NCBI GenBank assembly: GCA_017937305.1 | Contig: JAGBDV010000020.1 | Coordinates: 160,576 to 224,575 of the forward strand | From: Bacilli bacterium | Lineage (GTDB): Bacteria > Bacillota_I > Bacilli_A > ML615J-28 > CAG-313 | Direction of reading: 5' to 3' | DNA length: 64,000 nt | Part shown: positions 47,402 through 56,125 of the stretch, piece after piece | How the letters are laid out: the number at the start of each line of letters is the position of its first letter | Numbering within the stretch: the first letter of the stretch is position 1 | Notes under the pieces: model-generated | Told to the model about the DNA's origin: nothing | The model's database searches: none | Seen by the model: only the letters and a program-made list of their open reading frames with translations | Position numbers and translations under genes: made by a program

Positions 47402-48301
47402 ATGGAAAGTGTTATAATTAAAAGTTATAAAGAAGGCTATCCTAATGTTTATGGTTTTAAAACATCTTGTGATAACCCTAAATCTGTAATTTTATTTGTC
47501 CATGGTATGGCAGAACATATTGAAAGATATAAAGATATCGCAAACTATCTTTCAACAAAGGGGTTTATTTGCTATGGATTTGATTTAATTGGACATGGTA
47601 AATCAGTTTTTGAAAATGAAAGAGTTGGAATTGTTAAAGCTGATGACTTTTTTGAAGCTGAAATTGAATGTATCAAACATATTTATGACTTTATAAAAAA
47701 AGAACATCAAGATTTAGAAATAAATCTATTTGCTCATTCAATGGGATCAATGATTTCACAATGTTATATTGAGAAGTATCCTATAGACTTTTCTAAAGTA
47801 ATCTTATCTGGAACTGATATTGGATCACTAAAATATAAACTAATGTCAAAAATCGCAAAAGGAATGATAAAAAAACATGGTTTATACTATTATTCTGATT
47901 TAATTCAAAAACTATCTCTTGATGCATTTGACAAACCATTTGATAAAAAACTAGGTTGGTTATCTATAAATGAACAAAATATTATTGATTATCTAAATGA
48001 TCCTTTATGTAATGAAAGATACCCAATTGGATATTTTTATAGTTTAGCTATTAACTTATATGAAGCAGCTAAACCAAAAAATATTAAAAACATTAAAGCA
48101 AAGAAAATCTTACTTTTAACTGGTGAAAAAGATCCAGTTACAAACTTTTCAAAATCAACGAAGAAGCTTAATAAGAAATATATAAATCAAGGTGTTAATA
48201 GTTCAATCTTAATTTTACCTAATCTTCGTCATGAAACCTTCCATGAAGACGATGAAATTAATAAAAGAGTTTACAAAGAGATTGAAGAGTTCTATAATTA
48301 A
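47402..48301 (+). CDS. Alpha/beta hydrolase (lysophospholipase / monoacylglycerol lipase-like)
   Basis: HGMAEH oxyanion region, the nucleophile elbow AHSMGS, and a C-terminal D...H. Confidence 0.75.
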   Translation: MESVIIKSYKEGYPNVYGFKTSCDNPKSVILFVHGMAEHIERYKDIANYLSTKGFICYGFDLIGHGKSVFENERVGIVKADDFFEAEIECIKHIYDFIKKEHQDLEINLFAHSMGSMISQCYIEKYPIDFSKVILSGTDIGSLKYKLMSKIAKGMIKKHGLYYYSDLIQKLSLDAFDKPFDKKLGWLSINEQNIIDYLNDPLCNERYPIGYFYSLAINLYEAAKPKNIKNIKAKKILLLTGEKDPVTNFSKSTKKLNKKYINQGVNSSILILPNLRHETFHEDDEINKRVYKEIEEFYN

Positions 48302-48308
48302 TAATTAA

Positions 48309-48335
48309 CTGTCTAATAAATTTAGACAGTTTTTT
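48309..48335 (+). terminator. Intrinsic terminator ending the last + strand operon
   Basis: CTGTCTAA-TAAAT-TTAGACAG followed by T6. Confidence 0.8.
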
Positions 48336-48340
48336 ACTTT

Positions 48341-48860
48341 AAAGGTTTTCCACATCCTTTTTAATAAACGATGAAAATTAAAAGATGAATATTTATCCAC
48401 TTGATGCTTTGTAGAAAGGTTTAAAAGTTTTCCACACCTATAAATATTTAACTAATTCATTAGTTATCAACTATTCTCTATATGAGATGATGTAACATTA
48501 AAAGATGTATAAACATTTGTTAGATGTTTATAAATGTGTTAAAAAAGTTTTCAACATCCTTTATATAAAAAGATGAGAAATAAAAAGATGAATAAATATT
48601 AATTGAAGTTTTTTAAATTGACTGATCTATAATTTTATAGGTCAGTTTTTTTATTGTAATAAAGCTTTATATGAGAAGTTAAAAATAAAATAATGAATAA
48701 TTATTCATTTCGATTTTTGATGTGAATTGTAGCATTCTGTAAGAGGATGAAATTTTAAAACATGAATAATTAACTTTTCAACATTTGTTGATTATTTTAG
48801 ATTAATTATTCACTGCTTATTAACAATTAAAAAGAATGAATAACCACTTATAAACATAAT
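48341..48860 (+). repeat. Array of degenerate direct repeats on the left flank of dif; units contain GTTTTC(C/A)ACA(T/C)C and AAAAGATGAATAAATA-type motifs
   Basis: Units begin at about 48341, 48421 and 48541, and the first and third are identical at most of about 56 positions. Further decayed copies lie at about 48668, 48737 and 48827. There is no ORF of 60 aa or more in any frame. Confidence 0.6.
48621..48652 (+). terminator. Terminator-like hairpin plus T-run inside the ORF-free region
   Basis: ACTGATCTATAA-TTT-TTATAGGTCAGT (one G-U pair) followed by T7. It suggests a short rightward transcript ends here. Confidence 0.45.
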
Positions 48861-48914
48861 TATTAACATTTAAATAAATATAAAATTATTTAGGTTTTAC
48901 TTATCTTTTTTATT

Positions 48915-48952
<38 letters not shown>

Positions 48953-49223
48953 TATATTTGTAGAGGTATTTGGCTATTTAATGATATAATAATTAAAAAA
49001 TGAATCGTTCTTTCGACTAATTCACCTATTACTGTTGATATTAAACTATGTCATTTTAAAAATGATGACATAGTTTCTTAAGTTCTTGTTTCGACGAATA
49101 AATATTAATTTATCAACATTCTTCTTTAGTAATCAACTACCTTATTAATAGGTTTTCCTCGTTTTATCCACTTATGATAATAAAAAAAGCCCTGTTTCCA
49201 GAGCTTGAAATATATTTATTTGA

Positions 49224-49448
49224 ATAATTAATCATTTATTTTCTTATAATAAGGTTACTAAATATCTTATTATCTATTATTAATTACTTATTCGATCTAT
49301 TTCTTGATTATTATATTCTACTTCCTTACAATTGAATTGCTAACTTTATATGTAATTAAATTATTTAAATGAATTTTATATCCCTTCTCTGAGATGATGA
49401 AATATTATTTTATTGATAATTAATCGTTTATTTTATTAAATAAGGCTT
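49224..49448 (+). repeat. Pair of ~33-bp direct repeats about 190 bp apart on the right flank of dif
   Basis: 49224-49256 ATAATTAATCATTTATTTTCTTATAATAAGGTT is matched by 49416-49448 ATAATTAATCGTTTATTTTATTAAATAAGGCTT. Confidence 0.55.
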
Positions 49449-49606
49449 TTATAAGCTTGTTTTAATGAGTTTATTATTAATATTAATAATTTAATATCTA
49501 ATTATAAGTTTTAAAATAAGTGGTTATTTTGTCTTTATTTAATCAGATGATAATTATTTTTTATAATAAATAATTACTTCTGTTCTTCTTTTACATAAGA
49601 TATAAT

Positions 49607-49641
49607 AAAAAACCTCGAAAACAGCGATTTTTCGAGGTTTT
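49607..49641 (-). terminator. Intrinsic (bidirectional-looking) terminator of the first - strand operon
   Basis: AACCTCGAAAA-CAGCGA-TTTTCGAGGTT flanked by an A-run and a T-run. Confidence 0.8.
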
Positions 49642-49729
49642 AGTTATTATTATTAATTAATCAAAAATGATATTAAAGTTTAAAAATAGGTAGTTTTTAA
49701 AGCTTAATTTACAAAATAAAACTATTTTA

Positions 49730-50560
49730 TTAAAGCTTATTTACTAAATTTAAACCTAGTTTTTCTGCAAGTTCATATGCTTTTAATGTTTCATCATCAT
49801 GAATATGCATTGGATCATGTGCATCATCATTAACCATTACTAAAACTTTAGTTTCAGCACATAATTTAAAGAACTCAATATTTGGATAAGCCCAAGAATG
49901 AATTTCCTTCTTCTTATTTTCACTATTTGGAAGTGTAATATAACGATATGATTTTTCACAGTTTCTTATACCATTTGCGTTAATCTCTAATATAACATTA
50001 TTGTTTATAGCAGCTTCAATGATTCTTTTTGTAACATTTACACATTCATCGTCCCAGAAAGGGTAACCCCAGTTAAAAATATCAGGGTGCGCAAAGATTT
50101 TAAAATATCCAGTATTTAAAGCTTCAACAACAGTATTACAATAAATTTCTAACATCTCACTAGAAAGTTGAGAATAAATGGATAAATATTTACCTTCATA
50201 TTTAAAATAATGCTGACCAAGAATCATATAATCTAATTTTTCGGTAAGTTGTGGATAAAATTCTTTAAATTCATCAAAATATTCAATTTCTACAGCACTA
50301 TGAACATTAATTGTGCCTTGATATTTTTGCTTAGCCTTTTCTAAATCTGGTAAATAGATGTTTATAAAATCATCCATATTCATTCTTTTTGAATAAATTA
50401 GTTTTTCTAACTCTTTTGTAAACGGACAATGATCAGAAATACCAATATCTGTATATCCAAGTTCGATAGCACGGTTTATATAGTCATCTATAGTTCCTAT
50501 AGCGTGTCTACAAAGGTATGTATGAGTATGATAATTAGTCTGTATTTTCATCTTCTGCAA
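49730..50560 (-). CDS. PHP-family histidinol-phosphatase-like hydrolase (HisJ/HisK family)
   Basis: N-terminal NYHTHTYLCRHA and further His/Asp metal ligands (DHCPF, FAHPD, NDDAHD). Confidence 0.8.
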   Translation of the reverse strand: MQKMKIQTNYHTHTYLCRHAIGTIDDYINRAIELGYTDIGISDHCPFTKELEKLIYSKRMNMDDFINIYLPDLEKAKQKYQGTINVHSAVEIEYFDEFKEFYPQLTEKLDYMILGQHYFKYEGKYLSIYSQLSSEMLEIYCNTVVEALNTGYFKIFAHPDIFNWGYPFWDDECVNVTKRIIEAAINNNVILEINANGIRNCEKSYRYITLPNSENKKKEIHSWAYPNIEFFKLCAETKVLVMVNDDAHDPMHIHDDETLKAYELAEKLGLNLVNKL

Positions 50561-51587
50561 CTCCTAATACATATTCTTTTTTGTTTGGATTATATAATTT
50601 TTGCCATTTTGCACTACGACCTGTGCCTAAGGGAATAATATAATTCATATCATGTAATTTTTTTAATGTTCTCATAATAGTTGAAGGGCTAACACTAGGA
50701 TTTAGTCTTGCAACATCTTCTTTTGAGAATAAATCAGGTAGTAAGTGTAATATTGATTCTTCAATTATATCACTTTTATGTGCAGTTTTACTAACCTTTT
50801 TAGTTTCAATTTCTTTTAATTCATTAAAACTATTATTAATTAATGACAATGTATATTTTACAAACTCATAAAAGAATATTGTTCCTTGATCATAATTAAT
50901 ACTACCTTTGCTAATTAAGCTAAAAGCTTGTTCTTTATTTTCAAAAAACATTTTAAAGAAACTAACATAATTAAAACTCACAATTCCACATTTAAGTAGT
51001 AAATAATAATAAGTTAAGATTAGTGCAAGCTCATTATATTCAGAATAAGGTTTAATATTATACATTTCCATTATTAAAATTGACGATAAAATGATTGGTT
51101 CATATAATTTTTGTTCAATCGCTGAATCATAATCGTCTAATATCTTATTAAATTTATAACGAACGCTTTTATTTTTAGCTCCTTGAATTGTAAAATCATG
51201 ACTATTTATCTTTACAATAGGACCATAAATACGTTTTAACATATCTAAAATATCAATACTGTTAATTGGACGCTTAAATTCTATTGCATTAGATCTAATC
51301 GATATTAACATTCTTTTAATGGCTGCAACCATATTTTCTTCTTTTGTTTTAGGAGTATAATCTTTAGTAATTATTAAACGTTGACGTTCAAAACTTACCC
51401 TTAAACCTAAATATTTAACAATTTCAAATGTATCTTCTTCTAATGAGTTATTATAATTAATTAAATAATCATCTTTATAGATACTACTATACATTTCGGA
51501 TTTACCAATTGTTTTATATAATGATAAAAGTTCAAGTAGTAAATCACCAGGAATTTGGTAATTTTTCAAATAATCAAAATTATTCAT
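50535..51587 (-). CDS. Fic-fold protein with degenerate active-site motif and a C-terminal winged-helix domain
   Basis: The helical core aligns with the Fic pattern, but the HPFx(D/E)GN(G/K)R position reads KPYSEYNEL. The C-terminus (VSPSTIMRTLKKLHDMNYIIPLGTGRSAKW) is wHTH-like. It overlaps the downstream PHP gene by 26 nt. Confidence 0.5.
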   Translation of the reverse strand: MNNFDYLKNYQIPGDLLLELLSLYKTIGKSEMYSSIYKDDYLINYNNSLEEDTFEIVKYLGLRVSFERQRLIITKDYTPKTKEENMVAAIKRMLISIRSNAIEFKRPINSIDILDMLKRIYGPIVKINSHDFTIQGAKNKSVRYKFNKILDDYDSAIEQKLYEPIILSSILIMEMYNIKPYSEYNELALILTYYYLLLKCGIVSFNYVSFFKMFFENKEQAFSLISKGSINYDQGTIFFYEFVKYTLSLINNSFNELKEIETKKVSKTAHKSDIIEESILHLLPDLFSKEDVARLNPSVSPSTIMRTLKKLHDMNYIIPLGTGRSAKWQKLYNPNKKEYVLGVAEDENTD

Positions 51588-51588
51588 A

Positions 51589-52512
51589 TTATCTATCTCT
51601 CAAAAATGGTAATTTTTTATATAAATAAGGTACAAGTACTATTGCAAGAACAGCAATCATACTATGAGTAATTAAATTAGAAAAATTTAATAAAAATTGA
51701 TTATTTAACACTACATCCAAATGATTAATTACATGAGCACCTAAGTAAATGATAATCATCAATACTAAACCAAATAAATATCTAATGATATTAACTTTTC
51801 TAGATTTTGCAATTTCAAAATTAACATATTTTTCTTCTAAAAATAACCCTAGTAGACAACCAAATAAAATTCCCATGCCTTTATAGAAGTCTTTTCCCAT
51901 ATTAGGAATAAATAAAAATGGAATTAAACATATTGTAGTAATGATAAAGACATGATATTTTTTATGATAGAACTTATCAATGATTGTACCAAAGATAATT
52001 GTAGATATAATACCTATACTTGTTCCAACAACTACATCGCCTGGAAAATGAACTCCTAAATAAAGTCTTGATGTTGGAACAATAATTAACATAAAGATAC
52101 TACAAATAATTACCCAGTTCTTCTTAAAATATCTAATAATACTACTATATAAAGTACCTGAATTTTGACTATGACCACTAGGAAATGAAGTGCCTGATGC
52201 TCCATCAGATAAAGATGTACCATCTAATTTTCTTAAATATTCACGTCCTTCATATTGAAATGGACGAAGTGACTGAAACATTCCTTTTAATATACCATTT
52301 AAATTGATACCTAAAATAGAAATATATGCAATTTTAATCCCTTTTTCTTTATTTATACACCAATAAACTATTGTCATTAAGATTAAAATTCCAATACTAC
52401 CACCTATTTGTGATATAAAATAAAAGAAATAATCAAAAAACTTCAAATCAATTTTATTAAACCAATCTAAAATATCCCATTCAAAATTAAATCTCATAAT
52501 TTCTAAAAACAT
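51589..52512 (-). CDS. PAP2-family membrane phosphatase
   Basis: The three PAP2 motifs are present: KGMFQSLRP, PSGHS and SRLYLGVHFPGDV. There is additional C-terminal TM extension. Confidence 0.82.
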   Translation of the reverse strand: MFLEIMRFNFEWDILDWFNKIDLKFFDYFFYFISQIGGSIGILILMTIVYWCINKEKGIKIAYISILGINLNGILKGMFQSLRPFQYEGREYLRKLDGTSLSDGASGTSFPSGHSQNSGTLYSSIIRYFKKNWVIICSIFMLIIVPTSRLYLGVHFPGDVVVGTSIGIISTIIFGTIIDKFYHKKYHVFIITTICLIPFLFIPNMGKDFYKGMGILFGCLLGLFLEEKYVNFEIAKSRKVNIIRYLFGLVLMIIIYLGAHVINHLDVVLNNQFLLNFSNLITHSMIAVLAIVLVPYLYKKLPFLRDR

Positions 52513-52515
52513 TTG

Positions 52516-53268
52516 TTACTCCTTATGTTTTGTAATATTTTTTGATTGTTTTGCAAGAGCGTATAAAGTTTTAACATCATGAATACTTAAAACTTCAACT
52601 TCTCCTTCTTTTAGATTTTGAATTGTAAGATGGCCAAATCTAACTCTCGTTAATTTCTTAACTTCATGATCTATTGCTTTAAACATTTCTTTAACTTGAT
52701 GATAGTTGCCTTCTGTAATAATAATTCTAACTAAGCTAGAACCATGTTCACGATCTAATGATTCAATAGTTACAACTGCAGGTAATGTCTTTTTACCATT
52801 AATTATTACACCTTCTGTTAATTTCTTAATATCAGTAAGTGTCATTATACCTTTTACACGTGCTAAATATTCTTTTTCTATTCCACTTTTAGGCCCTACC
52901 AAAGCATTCATAAACTCTCCATCATTAGTAAGAATTAAAACACCTTTTGTATCGTAATCAAGTCTACCAACACTATAAATTCTTTCTTTTTTTAAGTTTT
53001 CAGGTAAGATATCAAGAATTGTTTTTCTTCCTCGATCATCACTTGATGTACAAACTACACCACGTGGTTTATTTATTACATAGTATTTTTTAGCCTCTTT
53101 TTCTATTATTTTACCATTTACTTCAATAACATCATCATATGATACTTTAGTACCAAGAATAGTAATCACTTCACCATTAACCTTAACTTTTCCTTCAAGA
53201 ATTAATTCTTCAGCTTTTCTTCTACTACAAATACCACATTCTGCGATTCTTTTTTGTAATCTTTCCAT
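52516..53268 (-). CDS. rluB: 23S rRNA pseudouridine synthase RluB/RsuA family
   Basis: N-terminal S4 domain (RLQKRIAECGICSRRKAEELI) and the catalytic GRLDYDTKG motif. Confidence 0.88.
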   Translation of the reverse strand: MERLQKRIAECGICSRRKAEELILEGKVKVNGEVITILGTKVSYDDVIEVNGKIIEKEAKKYYVINKPRGVVCTSSDDRGRKTILDILPENLKKERIYSVGRLDYDTKGVLILTNDGEFMNALVGPKSGIEKEYLARVKGIMTLTDIKKLTEGVIINGKKTLPAVVTIESLDREHGSSLVRIIITEGNYHQVKEMFKAIDHEVKKLTRVRFGHLTIQNLKEGEVEVLSIHDVKTLYALAKQSKNITKHKE

Positions 53269-53372
53269 ATTGCTGTCCTTTATTTTATAAATATTCTAGA
53301 TTAATTATACTAAAAATTTAAGTTTTTTTCAAGTAATTAATTAGTAATGATAAATTACTATAAACCAATTAA

Positions 53373-53436
53373 CCCTTCTCTAAGCGTTCGAATGTAAAAA
53401 AGATGAGTAAATATCTACTCATCTTCTTAAAAATGA
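53373..53436. repeat. Intergenic element copy A of a dispersed family (CCCTTCTC-TAAGCGTTCGAATG-AAAAAAGATGAGTAAATA-...CTTCTTAAAAATGA); its core also forms the terminator of the upstream - strand gene
   Basis: It aligns by eye with copies at 56064, 54853, 62457 and 63740. The internal hairpin AAGATGAGTA/TACTCATCTT (53400-53425), with a T-run on the - strand, acts as a terminator. Confidence 0.5.
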
Positions 53437-53471
53437 TAAATTATTCTTGAAGTAGTGCTTCTAAAACATTT

Positions 53472-53951
53472 TTATAAATCTTTTTTCGTAATATTTAATG
53501 CATCTTTATTTGCTTCAAATAATTCCATCAATTCATCACCAAAGACATAGATTTCTTTTCTCCATGGATGTCCTAATAATCCATAGCTAAAGTCTTTAGC
53601 GATAAAAAAATAATAATCTCCATTTGGATAATATGATGGAAAGTATACATTACAATTTCGTGTTTCATCATGCCATTGTTTAATAAAATTGTTATATTCA
53701 TGTGGATTAAAAATAAAACAATCATGATGCCAATCTAGTGCATAAATATCTTCATTAGATATTTTTTTAAATAATTCATTTACTAAATTTTCTTGTTCTT
53801 CTGTCCAAAATGAATTAAATTTAAAACACTTTACTTTAATTTTGAATTTAAATGGAACTGAATCTATATTAATACTAGGATAAAACTTAAAGTCATTGTA
53901 TATTTTATCCCAAATCTCTTTATCTAGATCATCTTCTATTATTTTTACCAT
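53472..53951 (-). CDS. Hypothetical cytoplasmic protein (159 aa)
   Basis: ORF with a GGAGAAAAA RBS and a terminator downstream. No motif was confidently recognised. Confidence 0.55.
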   Translation of the reverse strand: MVKIIEDDLDKEIWDKIYNDFKFYPSINIDSVPFKFKIKVKCFKFNSFWTEEQENLVNELFKKISNEDIYALDWHHDCFIFNPHEYNNFIKQWHDETRNCNVYFPSYYPNGDYYFFIAKDFSYGLLGHPWRKEIYVFGDELMELFEANKDALNITKKDL

Positions 53952-53992
53952 ATTATATTTTTCTCCTTTAAATTAGTTTATAAATGTATTAA

Positions 53993-54757
53993 TTAAATGG
54001 TCCATTTTTTAAAATCATCAACAATATAATCTGCATCAATTGCCATATCACCTTGTGGTGAAATATTAGATTTAACATAATAAGTAGAAAAACCTACAGA
54101 TTTAGCACCAAAAATATCTGATATTGAATCATTTCCAATAAATAAGGTACTTGATGGATTAATGGAATATTTAGTTAATAAGATATCAAAAAAGCGTTTA
54201 TCAGGCTTTTTAGTTTTATAATCTGATGAAATTAAAATACCATCAAAGTATTTAGTAATATCTAAAGCATTCATTTCATACTCTGTAAAAATACGTTGAG
54301 CATTAGATAAAAGATAAATTTCTTTACCTTCTTCTTTTAGTTTTCTTAACATATTAACAGTTCCATCATATAGTTTTAGATACTTAGTTGTTAAGATACG
54401 GAATAGTTGTCCTGTATTTACTGCAAGACTAGTATCTACTTTTATCCCTTTTCTTAAATATAACTCAAGAAACACTTCAGTAAGCTCTATTTCGGGTGAT
54501 GCTTCATGAGAATATTTTGGATCTTGTTCTAATGTAGATTTTAAATTCGCCTCTTTGTTTTTTATAATTTCTTTATAACTTAATTTTAATTCTTCTTTTG
54601 TATAATTTGCTTTATAATATCCATAAAATAAAGACAGCTTTTCCCATACATCAATATTTTCTTCATCAGTATTAATATCTACTAATGTCCCATATAAATC
54701 AAAAACATATGTTTTATAATTTAGTGGTAATAATGCAGTTTCAGATGTTTTAATCAT
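53993..54757 (-). CDS. HAD-superfamily hydrolase (subfamily IA-like)
   Basis: Motif I FDLYGTLVD, motif II LSN, and motifs III/IV K...GNDSISD. Confidence 0.78.
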   Translation of the reverse strand: MIKTSETALLPLNYKTYVFDLYGTLVDINTDEENIDVWEKLSLFYGYYKANYTKEELKLSYKEIIKNKEANLKSTLEQDPKYSHEASPEIELTEVFLELYLRKGIKVDTSLAVNTGQLFRILTTKYLKLYDGTVNMLRKLKEEGKEIYLLSNAQRIFTEYEMNALDITKYFDGILISSDYKTKKPDKRFFDILLTKYSINPSSTLFIGNDSISDIFGAKSVGFSTYYVKSNISPQGDMAIDADYIVDDFKKWTI

Positions 54758-54852
54758 TTGATAACTCCTTTTTGATTTTTATAACAATATTATAACACTT
54801 TTTTTAAATTTAACAAATCTTTTTAAATAGTAATTTATATTTTGCACATTTC

Positions 54853-54917
54853 TAAGCGGTTGAAACAAAAAAAAGCGACTAATTATTTATTTAAAGTTTT
54901 TAAAAAGAGGGTAAAAA
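54853..54917. repeat. Intergenic element copy C (partial) of the dispersed family
   Basis: It has the left arm TAAGCGGTTGAAAC and the distal TTTTTAAAAAGAGGGTAAAAA tail, but no right arm. Confidence 0.35.
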
Positions 54918-54993
54918 TGATAGAGTATAAACTTTATCAATATGTACTTCATAAGCTTATCTTTATATTTTTATTATTTTCTTTTTTTTCATA

Positions 54994-55488
54994 TCATAAA
55001 ATAAAAAAAATAAAAAACAAACTTACTAATAAAAATGTAATTATATCTGTTAAAACACCAACTTTTAATGCATATTTATAATTTTTTATTTTAACACATG
55101 AAAAATACAATGTAACAATATAAAAAGTTGTATCACTACATCCTTGAATGATTGAAGATAAAATACTTATATTACTATCAATACCAAAAGTTTTAAAAAC
55201 TTTTAACATCATTACAAGTGCACTAGATGATGATATCGGCTTTAAAAAGGCTTGAATTATGATTTCTATAGGAATACTTATAAATTTTACATATTCATTA
55301 AAAAGTTCAATAATTCCACTATTTGTAAATACTTCTACTGCAAAAACTAAAGCAAGTAAATTAGGAAAAATATCAAGTAATATTTTAAAATTACTACTTA
55401 CTCCTTCTTTAAAAGATTCATAACAATTCACCTTTTTAATCATTCCATAAAGGATAATAAAGGAAATATAAATAACGATTACGATCAT
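54994..55488 (-). CDS. spmB: Spore maturation protein B (nucleoside-recognition/Gate domain membrane protein)
   Basis: Hydrophobic, 164 aa, and overlaps spmA by 4 nt. It is the third gene of the classical dacB-spmA-spmB arrangement. Confidence 0.75.
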   Translation of the reverse strand: MIVIVIYISFIILYGMIKKVNCYESFKEGVSSNFKILLDIFPNLLALVFAVEVFTNSGIIELFNEYVKFISIPIEIIIQAFLKPISSSSALVMMLKVFKTFGIDSNISILSSIIQGCSDTTFYIVTLYFSCVKIKNYKYALKVGVLTDIITFLLVSLFFIFFIL

Positions 55489-56060
55489 ACTTTACTTCTT
55501 CTATAAAAGATACGGTCTAATGCTATCGCAAGAAAAGTAGAAATTGATGTTGCAATAATCATCATTAAAATTACATTCATATTAGTGCTTCCACCATTTA
55601 ATTTTCTTAAACTAATAATTGTAGTTGGAATTAACGTTAAACTACTACAGTTTATCGCAATAAATGTAAGCATACTTCTATTTGGAATCCCATTTTTTGT
55701 ATCTTTTGCCATTTCTTTAAAAGCTGCAATGCCCATTGGTGTAGCAGCAGCACCAAGTCCTAACATATTTGCAACCATATTTGAACAAATTAATTCATAA
55801 GCCTTACTTTCAAAGTCAAGTTCTGGGTAAATCTTTCTTAAAGGCTTTTTTAAAAAATTACTAAATCTTTTTACCATCCCGGAATCAATTGCAATTTGAA
55901 AAAGACCACCCCAAAATAAAATTAAGATGCCTGTTTGAAAAAATATTTCAAATGCCTTTGTGCTTGAGTCAATCATAATATTTCCAAGATTATTTATCTT
56001 TCCTGTTATTAAACTAATAAATATTCCTATAATTAATAACCAACACCAAATCTTATTCAT
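55485..56060 (-). CDS. spmA: Spore maturation protein A
   Basis: Gate-domain membrane protein of 191 aa, directly downstream of dacB. The RBS is AAAGGAGGG. Confidence 0.75.
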   Translation of the reverse strand: MNKIWCWLLIIGIFISLITGKINNLGNIMIDSSTKAFEIFFQTGILILFWGGLFQIAIDSGMVKRFSNFLKKPLRKIYPELDFESKAYELICSNMVANMLGLGAAATPMGIAAFKEMAKDTKNGIPNRSMLTFIAINCSSLTLIPTTIISLRKLNGGSTNMNVILMMIIATSISTFLAIALDRIFYRRSKV

Positions 56061-56063
56061 AAA

Positions 56064-56125
56064 CCCTCCTTTAATCGTTTGAAATAAAAAAAGATGAATA
56101 AATACCTTCTCAACTTCTTAAAAAC
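56064..56125. repeat. Intergenic element copy B; it fills the whole dacB-spmA spacer
   Basis: CCCTCCTT-TAATCGTTTGAAAT-AAAAAAAGATGAATAAATA-CCTTCTCAACTTCTTAAAAACG. The left end doubles as the spmA RBS and the right end overlaps the dacB stop. Confidence 0.45.

Noticed and set aside
48341-48860. Repeat array considered as a CRISPR array
   Set aside because: The repeats are degenerate, of unequal length and irregular spacing (about 70-120 bp). They are AT-rich and not palindromic in the CRISPR manner, and no cas genes are in the window.
48846-48872. Possible second dif-like half site (TATAAACATAA), which would indicate an Xer-exploiting integrated element (IMEX)
   Set aside because: Only the XerD-arm half shows similarity (8 of 11). 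The central region and XerC arm do not match. This is too weak in AT-rich DNA to call.
53381-53394. GCGTTCGAATG resembles a tRNA T-arm (GGTTCGAATCC), so a tRNA or tRNA fragment was considered
   Set aside because: No acceptor, D or anticodon arm can be drawn around it. The string is part of the repeated intergenic element (TAAGCG.TT.GA..).
54842-55081. 79-aa + strand ORF in the HAD-spmB gap
   Set aside because: It starts with TTG and has no RBS. It overlaps the 3' end of spmB, has a K/I/F-rich low-complexity translation, and covers the intergenic element copy C.
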